Below the pieces are notes generated by a model that saw nothing but the letters and a program-made list of their open reading frames with translations, was not told the DNA's origin and searched no databases. The translations under genes and the position numbers were made by a program. Below are positions 1 to 10,089 of a stretch of DNA of 64,000 bases, in pieces. How positions within the stretch are numbered: the first letter of the stretch is position 1; each line of letters opens with the position of its first letter. The DNA is taken from positions 352,001-416,000 of the forward strand of contig CAWBOC010000010.1 in the NCBI GenBank assembly GCA_963790305.1, in the 5' to 3' direction. Source of the stretch: an uncultured Gemmatimonadaceae bacterium (GTDB lineage Bacteria > Gemmatimonadota > Gemmatimonadetes > Gemmatimonadales > Gemmatimonadaceae).

Positions 1-213
1 AATCGGCTCGAGGACGCGATCACCCTCGGCCGAGGTGAGGAGGCGTTCGAAACCGGCCAGCGCCGTGGGATAATCGCCGCGCTGCCAGGCGTAGAACGCG
101 GTGTCATAGCGAGCACGCACGCTCGCAGGAAGGGAGTCGCGAGCCCCCTGCGCGGCAGCCGAGCCGATGAACGAAAGGCCGATCACGAGCGACGCGAAAC
201 GCAGGAGCGGCAT
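1..213 (-). CDS. 5' part of a secreted protein running off the window edge (possibly an S9 peptidase-type protein)
   Basis: Manual translation from ATG at 213: MPLLRFASLVIGLSFIGSAAAQGARDSLP...AWQRGDYPTALAGFERLL. Signal-peptide-like N-terminus; frame open to position 1. Family is a guess. Confidence 0.6.
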   Translation of the reverse strand, partial: MPLLRFASLVIGLSFIGSAAAQGARDSLPASVRARYDTAFYAWQRGDYPTALAGFERLLTSAEGDRVLEPI

Positions 214-289
214 TGATGTTCGTCCGGAGAGAGTCGGTGCGGGAAGCTAACGCTCTCGCACGATCCCTGCACATTGCGCATGTTCACGT

Positions 290-2167
290 ATGCGCCGCAC
301 CGGATCATTGTCGCTCGAGCACAAGTTGCCGCTGCTGATGACGGCGGTGTTGCTCGTGGTGCTGGCCGCATCGCTCGTCCTGACGTACCGCACGTTGTCC
401 CAAAGCAGCGCGGCGGATGCACGCGAGCGGCTCACCGAAGCCGTGGAACAAGTCGCGGCAAGCGCGGAGGTTTCAATTCGGCGGCGGGCGGCCCTTCTCG
501 CCGATCTTGCGCGCGACCCCTCCCTCCTGGCCGCGCTCGAGGCCTCCGACACTGGAGCGTACGCATCGGCTCGTCGGGTCCTGAGTCGCCTCACGGCTCC
601 CGCGGATTCGGGGCTTCCCATTGAGCTGTGGAACTCACGGGGCGAGCGTCTCGTCTCGACCAACCCCGATTCCGATTCATTACGCGGCGAGGTGCCTGAG
701 GCTGTCCGCTCGGACGTGCTGCGAGCGCTAACGGAACGCCGCACCTCGGACTCGGTGCGCTTGAGCATCCTCTATCCGACCGGCGATCGCATCGCGTTCT
801 GGATCGTCGCGCCGGTCGTTCGTGGCCAAACCACCTACGGGTACGCCGCGCAACTCCTCCGAGTCGCCGGGGCTCGTAATGCATCACAAACCCTTCGAGA
901 GCTCACGGGCGAGGATGTGACGCTCTTCGTACGCAACGCGGCCGGCGACGTGTGGGCGCGCCTTCCGGGCGCTCGAGTCGCCGCGCCAGCGGCGCGCGAT
1001 TCGGCGGAGAGGGAGCTGACCTACACGCGTGGGGGCGGACGCTTGATGGCGTCGGAGGCCTCGGTCGCCGGAACGCCGTGGGTGTTCGTGCTCGAGGCGC
1101 CGCTGGAATCGGTGCAGGCAGGGCCTCGTCGAACGGTGATGAGGCTTGCGCTGCTCAGCATTGCGCTGATGGCGCTCGGCGCAGCGCTGTCGTGGCTCAT
1201 CAGCCGCAGGATCACGCGTCCGCTGGGCGCACTCACCGTCGCGGCCGAGGCGATCGCGAATGGCGAGTACACCCGTCGCGTGCAGGTAACGGGGCGCGAT
1301 GAGATCGGGCGCCTGGCCGAAAGCTTCAATCAGATGGCGAGCCAGATCGATGCCTCACGACGCGAGCTCGAGGCCGGCGTGCAGGACGCGCGTCGCGCGC
1401 GCGAGGAAGCCGAGGCGGCCAACCGCGCCAAGAGCGACTTTTTGGCGGTCATGAGTCACGAGCTGCGGACCCCGTTGAACGCCATCGGCGGGTACGCGCA
1501 GCTGCTGGAGATGGGCATTCACGGTCCCGTCACGGACGAGCAGCGGGATGCGCTGGGGCGTATCAACCGCAGTCAGGCGCATCTCCTGTCGCTGATCAAC
1601 GACGTGCTGAACTTCGCGAAGATCGACGCTGGTCAGATCGAGTTCCACATGACCGACGTACCGCTGGACGACGTGATGTCGGAGCTGGAGGCGATCGTCG
1701 CGCCGCAGGTTCGCGCCAAGGCGCAGCGGCTCGAGATGCCCGAGTGCGACGGCGACCTGTGGGTGCGCGCCGATCGCGACAAGCTCCGCCAGATCCTGCT
1801 CAACCTCGTCTCCAACGCCGTGAAGTTCACACCGGAAGGGGGCCGCATCGTGCTGGACTGCGCGCGCGCCGGCGATCTCCTCCGGCTGCGCGTGAGCGAC
1901 ACGGGAATCGGGATTCCCGAGGATCGCGCGCGATTGATCTTCGAGCCGTTCGTGCAGGCGGGACGCGCGCTGAACCGCACGCACGAAGGCGTGGGGCTCG
2001 GGCTGGCCATCAGTCGCGACCTCGCCCGCGCGATGGGCGGCGACATCACCGTCGAGAGCGACGTCGGGCACGGCTCGGTGTTCACAGTGACGTTGCCGAA
2101 GGCGGAAGGCGACGGTGCTCGAGGTGCTCGGGGTGCTTCAGACCGCCTGCGCTCGAATGTCCTGTAG
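290..2167 (+). CDS. Membrane sensor histidine kinase (TM-periplasmic-TM-HAMP-HisKA-HATPase)
   Basis: Two TM segments, HAMP (DEIGRLAESFNQM), H-box SHELRTPLN, N-box NLVSNAVKFT, G1 DTGIGIP, G2 GVGLGLAIS. Confidence 0.95.
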   Translation: MRRTGSLSLEHKLPLLMTAVLLVVLAASLVLTYRTLSQSSAADARERLTEAVEQVAASAEVSIRRRAALLADLARDPSLLAALEASDTGAYASARRVLSRLTAPADSGLPIELWNSRGERLVSTNPDSDSLRGEVPEAVRSDVLRALTERRTSDSVRLSILYPTGDRIAFWIVAPVVRGQTTYGYAAQLLRVAGARNASQTLRELTGEDVTLFVRNAAGDVWARLPGARVAAPAARDSAERELTYTRGGGRLMASEASVAGTPWVFVLEAPLESVQAGPRRTVMRLALLSIALMALGAALSWLISRRITRPLGALTVAAEAIANGEYTRRVQVTGRDEIGRLAESFNQMASQIDASRRELEAGVQDARRAREEAEAANRAKSDFLAVMSHELRTPLNAIGGYAQLLEMGIHGPVTDEQRDALGRINRSQAHLLSLINDVLNFAKIDAGQIEFHMTDVPLDDVMSELEAIVAPQVRAKAQRLEMPECDGDLWVRADRDKLRQILLNLVSNAVKFTPEGGRIVLDCARAGDLLRLRVSDTGIGIPEDRARLIFEPFVQAGRALNRTHEGVGLGLAISRDLARAMGGDITVESDVGHGSVFTVTLPKAEGDGARGARGASDRLRSNVL

Positions 2168-3136
2168 CGCGCGCTGCACGTGGACGCGCACCATCTCCTT
2201 TCGCCAGGCGAGCGTGAAGTCGGTGTTGTCCATCGGCTTCGCGGGACGGTAGGCGGCGTCGGCGGCGGCCCCGATCGCGCTTTCATCCAGCCGCGTTCCC
2301 ACGATCGCCTCCGCGGCGGCGGGAATCTCCTGCGGGTAGGAAGCGATGGCGCCGAGCACGATGCGGGCACTGCTGACGCTGCCATCGCGCGCGAAGTCGA
2401 CGCGCACGGCGACACCCAGCACCGGAAAATCGAACGCGTCGCGTCGCCGAAGCTTCCGATAGGTGGCGCGCCAGCCGCCGTTCACCAGAGGCGGCAGGTG
2501 ATACGCGACGAGCAGCTCGTCAGGCGCCTTCTCCAGGTATTGAATGCCGTCGTTCCGGTAGAGACTCGCCGCGGGCAACCGCCGCGTGCCGCGCACCGAC
2601 ACGACCGTCACCTCGGCGCCTAACGCCACGGCGACTGGAACGCCGTCCGAGGACTGCACGGCCCAGCATCGTGGACTGGACGGGGCGACCCAGCAGATCT
2701 CGCCGTCGCGCTTCATGCAGAAGTTGATCGCCTTCCGCCACTCGTAGTTCTGGTCGTAGTAGTTGCACCGCGTGTCGAGCAGCAGGTTCCCGCCGATCGT
2801 GCCCATGTTGCGAAGAATGGGCGTCGACACGACGTGGGCGGCGTGCGAGACTGACGGGTAGCGGGCGCGAATGACCTCGTGCGTGGCGAGCTCGGTCAGC
2901 GTAACGCAGGCGCCGATCGTGAGGCCGCTCTCCGGCGCGCCGGTGATCGCGCGCAGCTCCCCGATGCGGTGCAGGGCGATCACGGTCGCCGGCGTCTGCT
3001 GCCGGCGCTTCATGTTCGGATAGAGATCCGTTCCGCCGGCCACGTAGGCGACGTCGGGCATTGCCTCCGTGAAGAGGCGGACCGCTTCGCCGACCGTGGC
3101 CGGCTCGTGGTATGTGAAGCGGGGGAGGCGAAGCAT
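2138..3136 (-). CDS. hcrB: FAD-binding subunit, xanthine dehydrogenase family (4-hydroxybenzoyl-CoA reductase beta-like, with [4Fe-4S] insert)
   Basis: AGGTDL and RNMGTIGGN FAD motifs; four-Cys insert RCNYYDQ...FCMK...ICW...RCWA typical of HcrB/PaoB. Confidence 0.85.
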   Translation of the reverse strand: MLRLPRFTYHEPATVGEAVRLFTEAMPDVAYVAGGTDLYPNMKRRQQTPATVIALHRIGELRAITGAPESGLTIGACVTLTELATHEVIRARYPSVSHAAHVVSTPILRNMGTIGGNLLLDTRCNYYDQNYEWRKAINFCMKRDGEICWVAPSSPRCWAVQSSDGVPVAVALGAEVTVVSVRGTRRLPAASLYRNDGIQYLEKAPDELLVAYHLPPLVNGGWRATYRKLRRRDAFDFPVLGVAVRVDFARDGSVSSARIVLGAIASYPQEIPAAAEAIVGTRLDESAIGAAADAAYRPAKPMDNTDFTLAWRKEMVRVHVQRALQDIRAQAV

Positions 3137-5688
3137 CAGCCGTTCCTGCGTGGAGCGGGGCCGGCCGCGGCGGTCGTCTCACCCGCCTGCTCGACGGGGC
3201 CGCCAACCTCGCTATGCGTGCGTCCATCTTCTTCCCGGCCAGTGCCGCCCTGCGCGGGTGTCCGCACGCGCGCGACCTCCGGGAACGCGTAGGTAGGCAT
3301 GGCGCTCGGTCCGAAGCGGCCGACGTTGCCTTTCATCTTGTCCTTGAGCGCCTTGAGCACTTTGTGCGGAGAGCAGGGGATCTCGTCGATGCGAACGCCG
3401 ACGGCGTCGTAGATCGCGTTCGCCACGGCTGGCATCACCGGTAGTAGCGGACCCTGGCCGGCCTCCTTCGCGCCGAAGGGTCCACTCGGATCGGGATCGT
3501 GAACCAGGATCGTCTCGACATCGCACATCTCGAATGTCGTCGGGCTCTTGTACTCCAGCATGCTCGGATGGTGATGCACGACGTTCCGCACGCGATCGCG
3601 ATAGGTCATCTCTTCCATGAGCGCTTCGCCGAGACCCATGTACACGGAGCCCTCGACCTGTCCGATGACGAGCAGCGGATTGATCGACTGCCCGACGTCG
3701 TGCGCGATCCAGATCTTCGGCACCCGAACGATGCCCGTCTCAGGATCGACCTCGACCTCCGCCACCGCCGCCGTATACGAGTACGCGGGCGAAGGGCCTA
3801 CGCCGGCACCCTTGTATCGCCCTGGCGAGCGGGGTGGCGTGTAGGATCCAGTCGTCCCAACGGTTCCGAACATTCCTTCGGCGATCTGCACGGCCTCGGC
3901 GAACGTCACTCCCCGGTCGGGGGACTCGGCGTCGAACACGCGCCGCTCGGCGAACACGAGTCGCGACCTCGGGACGTTGAGCTTCCGCGATACGGCATCG
4001 GCGAGAGTGTCGCGGGCGCGCTCCGCGGCCTGCACCGCGGCATTACCGGTCATCAGCGTCACCCGCGATGAGTAGGAGCCGAGGTCGACGGGGGTGAGAT
4101 CGGTGTCACCGGTGATGATGCGGATGTCCTCCGGCTCGATGCCTAACACATCGGCCACGCAGTAGGCGAGCACCGAGTCCGAGCCCTGGCCGATGTCGGT
4201 GGAGCCGCAGAACGCGGCGACGCCACCGGAGCGGTCGAGCTTGAGCTGCACGCCGGAGTGCGGCATGCTGTTCCAGTAGATCGGCAGCCCGGCGCCGGAG
4301 ATGTAGGAGGAGCACGCCAGACCGACGCCGCGGCCGAAGGGCAGCTGGCGGTACTTCGTCTGCCACCCGCTCCGCTCGACCACCGCGTCGATGCACTCGC
4401 CAAGCCCCATCGAGCCGATGCGAAGCCAGTTCGCGGTCACGGAGTTCGCCGGCTGGAGGATGCGCTTTCGCAACACTGCCGGGTCGATCGAAAGATCCTC
4501 GGCGATCTTGTCGAGCTGACATTCGAGCGCGAAGCGCGGCTGCGGCGTGCCGTGGCCGCGCTTGGGGCCGCACGGAGGCTTGTTGGTGAAGACGCGAGCG
4601 CCCTGAAAGCGGTAGTGCGGCACCTCGTACGTCACGGTCTGCAGCGCACCCGTGTAATACGTGCTGGCGACCCCGTACGAGCCGTACGCCCCGCCGTCGA
4701 GGAACGAGGTGAAGTCCATCGCCACGATGCGACCGTCCCGCTTCACACCGGTCTTGATGCGCATGAGGGTCGGGTGGCGCCCGCGGTGGCAGTAGAACAC
4801 CTCTTCGCGGGTGAGCGAGATTTTCACTGGGCGCCCGGTGCGTCGCGCGAGTGCCGCGACCACGATCTCGTGGCTGAACGGATCGGACTTTCCGCCGAAG
4901 CCGCCGCCGTTCGGCGTGGCAATCACGCGCACGTGCGCCGCGGGCATCTCGAGCACCTTCGCCAGCGCGCGGTGCAGGTAATGGGGCGTCTGCGTGCTCG
5001 ACCAGACGGTCACCTTCCCATCGGGAAACCACTGTGCGAGGGAAGCGTGCTGCTCCATCGGCAGGTGCGTGTTTCCTTCGAAGAAGAACAGGTCCTCGCG
5101 GACATGATCCGCGGTCGCCATCTCGGCGTCGACGTTCCCGAACTCCAGGGCGATGTGCTTGTGGACGTTGCCGGCGTCGCCGTAGTCGTGGATGAGCGCG
5201 TTCGGCGTGTCGGCACTCCCCAACGCATCCTCGACGGACTCGATAGGCGGGAGCTTCTCGTACTCGATCTCGATGAGCTCGCAGGCGTCGGCGGCGGTGT
5301 CTTCATCGATCGCGGCGACCGCGGCCACCGGATCTCCGACGAAGCGCACGTGATCGGGGCAGAGCGCGTGCTCGTCCTGCGAAATGGGAAGAATCCCGAA
5401 TGGAATCGGCAGGTCGCGTCCGGTGAGCACGGCGACGACGCCGGGGTGCTGCTCCGCGCGTGAAACATCGATGCGAATGATGCGGGCATGCGGCTCGCGC
5501 GACCGCAGCAGCTTGCACCACAGCATCCGTGGCAGCGAGAGGTCGTCGGCGAATTTCGTCTCGCCCGTCACCTTGGCGGTGGCGTCGACCTTGCGGCGCG
5601 CGGTGCCAACAACCGAATGCGGAATGCGGATTGCGGAATTTGAATGACCGGCCGGCGCCTCTGACTGTTCCTTCGCCACGTCAGCCAT
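3136..5688 (-). CDS. hcrA: Molybdopterin-binding subunit, xanthine dehydrogenase family (HcrA-like)
   Basis: GGGFGGK, RGHGTPQ, GSYSSR, GQVEG and GPFGAKEAGQG Moco motifs. Start taken at ATG 5688, overlapping the stop of the 2Fe-2S gene. Confidence 0.85.
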   Translation of the reverse strand: MADVAKEQSEAPAGHSNSAIRIPHSVVGTARRKVDATAKVTGETKFADDLSLPRMLWCKLLRSREPHARIIRIDVSRAEQHPGVVAVLTGRDLPIPFGILPISQDEHALCPDHVRFVGDPVAAVAAIDEDTAADACELIEIEYEKLPPIESVEDALGSADTPNALIHDYGDAGNVHKHIALEFGNVDAEMATADHVREDLFFFEGNTHLPMEQHASLAQWFPDGKVTVWSSTQTPHYLHRALAKVLEMPAAHVRVIATPNGGGFGGKSDPFSHEIVVAALARRTGRPVKISLTREEVFYCHRGRHPTLMRIKTGVKRDGRIVAMDFTSFLDGGAYGSYGVASTYYTGALQTVTYEVPHYRFQGARVFTNKPPCGPKRGHGTPQPRFALECQLDKIAEDLSIDPAVLRKRILQPANSVTANWLRIGSMGLGECIDAVVERSGWQTKYRQLPFGRGVGLACSSYISGAGLPIYWNSMPHSGVQLKLDRSGGVAAFCGSTDIGQGSDSVLAYCVADVLGIEPEDIRIITGDTDLTPVDLGSYSSRVTLMTGNAAVQAAERARDTLADAVSRKLNVPRSRLVFAERRVFDAESPDRGVTFAEAVQIAEGMFGTVGTTGSYTPPRSPGRYKGAGVGPSPAYSYTAAVAEVEVDPETGIVRVPKIWIAHDVGQSINPLLVIGQVEGSVYMGLGEALMEEMTYRDRVRNVVHHHPSMLEYKSPTTFEMCDVETILVHDPDPSGPFGAKEAGQGPLLPVMPAVANAIYDAVGVRIDEIPCSPHKVLKALKDKMKGNVGRFGPSAMPTYAFPEVARVRTPAQGGTGREEDGRTHSEVGGPVEQAGETTAAAGPAPRRNG

Positions 5689-5728
5689 TTGCCCTTGCCA
5701 GCGTTCCGCGTTCCGCATTCCGCATTCG
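5614..5728. repeat. Inverted heptamer-repeat hairpin, family B (AATGCGG)n, spanning the hcrC/hcrA junction
   Basis: Left arm cgaatgcggaatgcggattgcggaa (5614-5638); right arm ttccgcgttccgcattccgcattcg (5704-5728). Confidence 0.85.
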
Positions 5729-6223
5729 CCCTGCTGCCATCTCTACCGCCTCATAGATCTTCAGGTACCCCGTGCATCGACAGAGATTGCCGCTCAACGA
5801 TTCCTTGATCTCATCGCGCGTCGGCGCCGGATTACTGTCGAGGAGCGCGCGGGCAGCGAGGAGAAACCCGGGGGTGCAGTATCCGCACTGGGCGGCGCCG
5901 AGCTCAGCGAACGCATCCTGGAGCGGATGCAGCGTCGCGCCTCGAGCCATGCCCTCGACCGTTTCGATACGGCGCTCCGCGTACGAGACCGCCAAGGCGA
6001 GACAGGAGAGGATCGGCGTCCCATCCACGAGCACGGTACAGGTGCCGCATTCGCCCAGCTCGCAGCCGTGCTTGGTTCCCGTGAGCCCGAGCTCCTCGCG
6101 CAGGACCTCGAGCAGCGTTTTTTGAGGCGCGAAGGCAACTTCCGCGCGCTCCCCGTTGACGGTGAAGGCCGCGTGTACCTTTTGCTTCGCGATGGGCTCG
6201 ATTAGGATCGGCTGTCCGGACAT
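5681..6223 (-). CDS. hcrC: (2Fe-2S)-binding subunit, xanthine dehydrogenase family (HcrC/CoxS-like)
   Basis: GCELGECGTC...SC, QCGYCTPG, NLCRCTGY. Confidence 0.9.
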   Translation of the reverse strand: MSGQPILIEPIAKQKVHAAFTVNGERAEVAFAPQKTLLEVLREELGLTGTKHGCELGECGTCTVLVDGTPILSCLALAVSYAERRIETVEGMARGATLHPLQDAFAELGAAQCGYCTPGFLLAARALLDSNPAPTRDEIKESLSGNLCRCTGYLKIYEAVEMAAGRMRNAERGTLARANG

Positions 6224-6352
6224 GACTGAGGATGCCTAGGGAGGCAGATGAGCCGCAAGTCGCTCCCGAACGAGCGAAACTGTGACGCGTCGAGGCCTCG
6301 GAAGGGTGATCAAGTGGGTTCCGTTGCGCGGTCCAAATTGCCGAGAGGAAGT

Positions 6353-7600
6353 ATGTCCCTTCGCCGTCTTTTCCCCTGCCTGCTTCTCGCGGTCACTGCC
6401 TGCGCCGATTCGCCCCTGGGTCTGGGAGGCACCGCGCCCGACTCGCTCACGGTGCTTCCGCGAGCGCTGAGCCAGGATGAGCAGCAGACCATCGCCTCGA
6501 GCAACCGGTTCGCGTTCGACCTCTTCCGCAGCATCAACACCCGGTTTGCGGACACGAACGTCTTCATCTCTCCGCTGAGCGCGTCGTTCGCACTTGGAAT
6601 GACGATGGAGGGCGCCGAGGGAGAGACCTTCCAGGGGATGTCGGACGCGCTGCGCATTCTGGAGAGCGATCGGTCGCGCATCAACGCCGCCTATCGAGAC
6701 CTGATCGAGCTGCTGCTCGACCTCGACCCGTCGGTGGACATGCGCATCGCGAACGCGATCTGGTATCGCAATGGCTTTCCGATCCATCAGACATTCCTCG
6801 ACACGGTGGAACACTACTTCGATGCGCGCGTTGCCGGACTGGATTTCGACGACCCTGCGAGCGTGACGCGCATCAACGCCTGGGCCGACACCGCCACGGC
6901 GGGCAAGATTCCCGAAGTGCTCGACAATATCGGCGCCGAGATCGTGATGCTCCTCATGAACGCCATCTACTTCAAGGGAAGCTGGCGCTCGCAGTTCGAT
7001 CCAGGGAATACCCACAACGCGCCGTTCGCGACCGAGCGTGGCACGTCCTACTCAGCGCGGATGATGCACCTCGAGACGCAGGACGTGGCGCTCGCGTCGC
7101 TGAATGGGGTGCAAGCGGTCGATCTTCCTTACGGTCGCGCGGCATTTACCATGACCGCGATCCTTCCCCCAGCCGGCACCGATGTCGATGTCTTCATCGA
7201 ATCGCTCACTCAGCCACGGTGGGACGCGATCGTCGGCGCGCTGCACCAGGCGAAAGCCGACGTCTACCTCCCGAAATTCACCATGAAGTGGGAGGACACG
7301 CTCAATAGCGACTTGATCTCGATGGGGATGGAGAGCGCCTTCTGCGAGGGGTGTGCCGATTTCACGCGCATGTCTCCAGTCGGCGATGCGCTGTTCATCG
7401 ACTTCGTGAAGCAGAACACGTTCGTGAACGTCAACGAGGAGGGGACGGAAGCCGCCGCGGTCACGACGGTCGGCGTTGGCGTCACCAGCCTGCCGCCCTC
7501 GATCCGCTTCGACCGGCCGTTTGTGTTCGTAATTCGTGAGCGTTTGACGGGCACCATTCTGTTCATGGGTAAGGTCGCCGTTCCCATTAGCGAGAGCTAA
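6353..7600 (+). CDS. Serpin family protein, predicted lipoprotein
   Basis: NVFISPLS, NAIYFKGSW, hinge EEGTEAAAVT, FDRPFVFVI..TGTILFMGKV; lipobox VTAC; RBS gagagga before ATG 6353. Confidence 0.93.
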   Translation: MSLRRLFPCLLLAVTACADSPLGLGGTAPDSLTVLPRALSQDEQQTIASSNRFAFDLFRSINTRFADTNVFISPLSASFALGMTMEGAEGETFQGMSDALRILESDRSRINAAYRDLIELLLDLDPSVDMRIANAIWYRNGFPIHQTFLDTVEHYFDARVAGLDFDDPASVTRINAWADTATAGKIPEVLDNIGAEIVMLLMNAIYFKGSWRSQFDPGNTHNAPFATERGTSYSARMMHLETQDVALASLNGVQAVDLPYGRAAFTMTAILPPAGTDVDVFIESLTQPRWDAIVGALHQAKADVYLPKFTMKWEDTLNSDLISMGMESAFCEGCADFTRMSPVGDALFIDFVKQNTFVNVNEEGTEAAAVTTVGVGVTSLPPSIRFDRPFVFVIRERLTGTILFMGKVAVPISES

Positions 7601-7822
7601 ACAGGTGTACCCGAACACGTGCCGTAGCGTCGTACAGAATCGTCTATAGACAACGCTGTTCACGACGCCTCCACGTGGGAGTCGCACATCTCCAGGGTCG
7701 CACCACCCGCTTCCGGCGACATCGCCGAAAGCGCATTACCCGAGCTCGCGCCATTACCGAGCGATTATCTCGACGCGGCCCCTGACCCGGGCTTCGATCG
7801 ATCCGCACGCATCGCCGCCGCG

Positions 7823-9970
7823 ATGGTGCGGGCGCCGCTGGCGTTCCTCGTGCTCGTGCTCGGTGACCGCCACGTGCTCAAGAGCGCGTGGGGACTTCCG
7901 GCGGCGCCGCCTCCGCGCACCGATTTTCCCGCGACTGAGTCCCCATTCGGATTCATTCTCGCGACCACGGCGCCGCGAGTGGTCAATGACTCGTGGGACC
8001 ACGAGGTGCTGCGCGCGCTGCCGATCCTCGCCGCACTCGGCGTCCGCTCCTACCTGACGACGCCGCTCGCTCTCGCCGACGTGATGATCGGCGCACTCGT
8101 CGTCCTCGACCACGCGCCGCGATCCTGGTCGGAGAAGGAGATCGCGCAGATGGGCGACGTCGCCGCATTCGTCACGACGGAGATCGAGCTTCGTCGCGAG
8201 CGATTCGGACACGATCGCGCTGTCGCCGAGCACCGCGAGAGCGAGAGTCTGCTGCGCAGCGTCATCGAGAGCACCGCACTCGCCGTCGCGGTGAAGGACC
8301 TCGACGGTCGATATCGGATGATCAATGAAGCGGGCGCGGCCATCCTGGGCTGGGGCGCCAACGAGATCATCGGCAAGCTCGATCTCGATCTGGTCGATGC
8401 CGATCTCGCTCAGCGCATTCGCGACCGCGACCGGGACATCCTCATGGCGGGTGGGGTGCTCCTGTCCGAGGACGATGCCCCGGGCGCGCCGCACGGCGTA
8501 CGATCATCGACGACCGTCTTCAAGAACGCCGAAGGCGATGCGGCGGGTCTCATCAGCATCTCGCGCGTCATCACCGAGCGGCAGCGAGCCGAAGAAGCGC
8601 TGCGTCTCCTTCACTCGATCGTGGCGCGCATCGCGGAGGCGGAAGACTTCTCCAGCGCGCTGCATCTGGCGCTGTGGCACGTGTGCGACGTCACCGGGTG
8701 GGTGTTCGGTGAAGTCTGGATGCCCACCACCGACGGACGCTCGCTGGAACGCTCCGACATCCGGCACAGCGTGCGAGCGGACCTGCTCTCGCGCGATGTC
8801 GCTCACGTCACCGCGCTTCCGCCCGGAGAAGGACTTGCCGGCCGTGCCTGGTCGACCAAGCAGGCGGTCTGGGTTCCGAACGTCGAGGAAGATCAGGCGT
8901 TCGCGCGCGCAGGCCATGCAACCGCACTCGGGCTCAAGTCGGGGGTGGCCATTCCGGTGCTTGCCGCCGAGGAAGCGGTGGCCGTGCTCGTCTTTTACAT
9001 GTACGAAGTCCGCGAGCAGGATGAGCGCCTCGTCCACCTCATCTCGGTGGTGAGCGCGCAGCTGGGCGCATTCATTCGGCGCAAGCGCGCCGAGGACGCA
9101 CTCCGGCACAGCGAGGAGAATGCGCGCCGGCTGATCGAGAATCTCAATGACGTCATCATGGTGCTCGATGCCGAGGGCAGGCTCACCTACGTCAGCCCGT
9201 CAGTCGAGCGCACCCTTGGCCGTAGTCCGGACGACGAGCTCGGCCGATCGATCTTCGACTTCGTCCATACCGACGATGTCGCGCGCGCCCAGGACATGAT
9301 TGCCGACGCGCTCGGCGCTCCCGGCTTCTCGCGCTCGATCGAGATCCGGCTTCAACATCGGAATGGTCACTGGCGATACATGGAGGTCATCGGAAACGCC
9401 GTGCTCGACCCGCACGGCGTGCCGACGATCATCGTCAATGCGCGCGATCTCACCGAGCGTCAGCGGCTGCAAGCCGAGCTGCGTCGCATGTCGGTGACCG
9501 ACGATCTGACCGGCCTGAACAATCGCCGCGGCTTCTTCATGCTCGCCGAGCAGGAGATGAAGCTCGCGCGGCGGCTGAAGAAGGATCTACTGCTCGTGTT
9601 CGTCGACCTCGATGACTTCAAGTCGATCAATGACACGCACGGTCACCAGGTCGGCGACCAGGCGCTGGCGGAGACGGCGGAAATCCTGCGCACGACCTTC
9701 CGCGAATCCGACGTGCTCGCGCGTCTTGGCGGCGACGAGTTCGTGGCGCTGGCGATGTTCTCGCCCGAGGAGACCGACGACATCATCGAGACACGCCTGC
9801 ACCAGACGCTGGCCGAGCACAACGCGCGGCCCTCGCGGAAGTACGCGCTCTCGATCAGCACGGGCGTCGCCAGGTTCGATGCGAGAAACGTGCAGTCGCT
9901 CGCCGAGCTCATGGCGATCGCGGACGATGCGCTTTATGAGCAGAAGAGGGCGCGGAAGCAGCGCCACTAG
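7823..9970 (+). CDS. Diguanylate cyclase (GAF-PAS-GAF-PAS-GGDEF); true start probably upstream
   Basis: TDDLTGLNNRRGF, DLDDFKSINDTHGHQVGD, I-site RESD, GGDEF. The frame stays open upstream (LDAAPDPGFDRSARIAA, GAF-like) to about 7628 with no canonical start. Confidence 0.92.
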   Translation: MVRAPLAFLVLVLGDRHVLKSAWGLPAAPPPRTDFPATESPFGFILATTAPRVVNDSWDHEVLRALPILAALGVRSYLTTPLALADVMIGALVVLDHAPRSWSEKEIAQMGDVAAFVTTEIELRRERFGHDRAVAEHRESESLLRSVIESTALAVAVKDLDGRYRMINEAGAAILGWGANEIIGKLDLDLVDADLAQRIRDRDRDILMAGGVLLSEDDAPGAPHGVRSSTTVFKNAEGDAAGLISISRVITERQRAEEALRLLHSIVARIAEAEDFSSALHLALWHVCDVTGWVFGEVWMPTTDGRSLERSDIRHSVRADLLSRDVAHVTALPPGEGLAGRAWSTKQAVWVPNVEEDQAFARAGHATALGLKSGVAIPVLAAEEAVAVLVFYMYEVREQDERLVHLISVVSAQLGAFIRRKRAEDALRHSEENARRLIENLNDVIMVLDAEGRLTYVSPSVERTLGRSPDDELGRSIFDFVHTDDVARAQDMIADALGAPGFSRSIEIRLQHRNGHWRYMEVIGNAVLDPHGVPTIIVNARDLTERQRLQAELRRMSVTDDLTGLNNRRGFFMLAEQEMKLARRLKKDLLLVFVDLDDFKSINDTHGHQVGDQALAETAEILRTTFRESDVLARLGGDEFVALAMFSPEETDDIIETRLHQTLAEHNARPSRKYALSISTGVARFDARNVQSLAELMAIADDALYEQKRARKQRH

Positions 9971-10085
9971 GGGTCAGGAGTCAGGGGTCAGAGATCAGGG
10001 GGTGCCAGGGCGAGGTCAGGGACTCTCGCGCAGCTCCTGATCCCTTCGCCCTGACACCTGACCTGACCCCTGACTCCTGACCCCT
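9968..10085. repeat. Inverted heptamer-repeat hairpin, family A (GGAGTCA-like)
   Basis: taggggtcaggagtcaggggtcag ... ctgacccctgactcctgacccct, between convergent genes. Confidence 0.85.
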
Positions 10086-10089
10086 GGTC

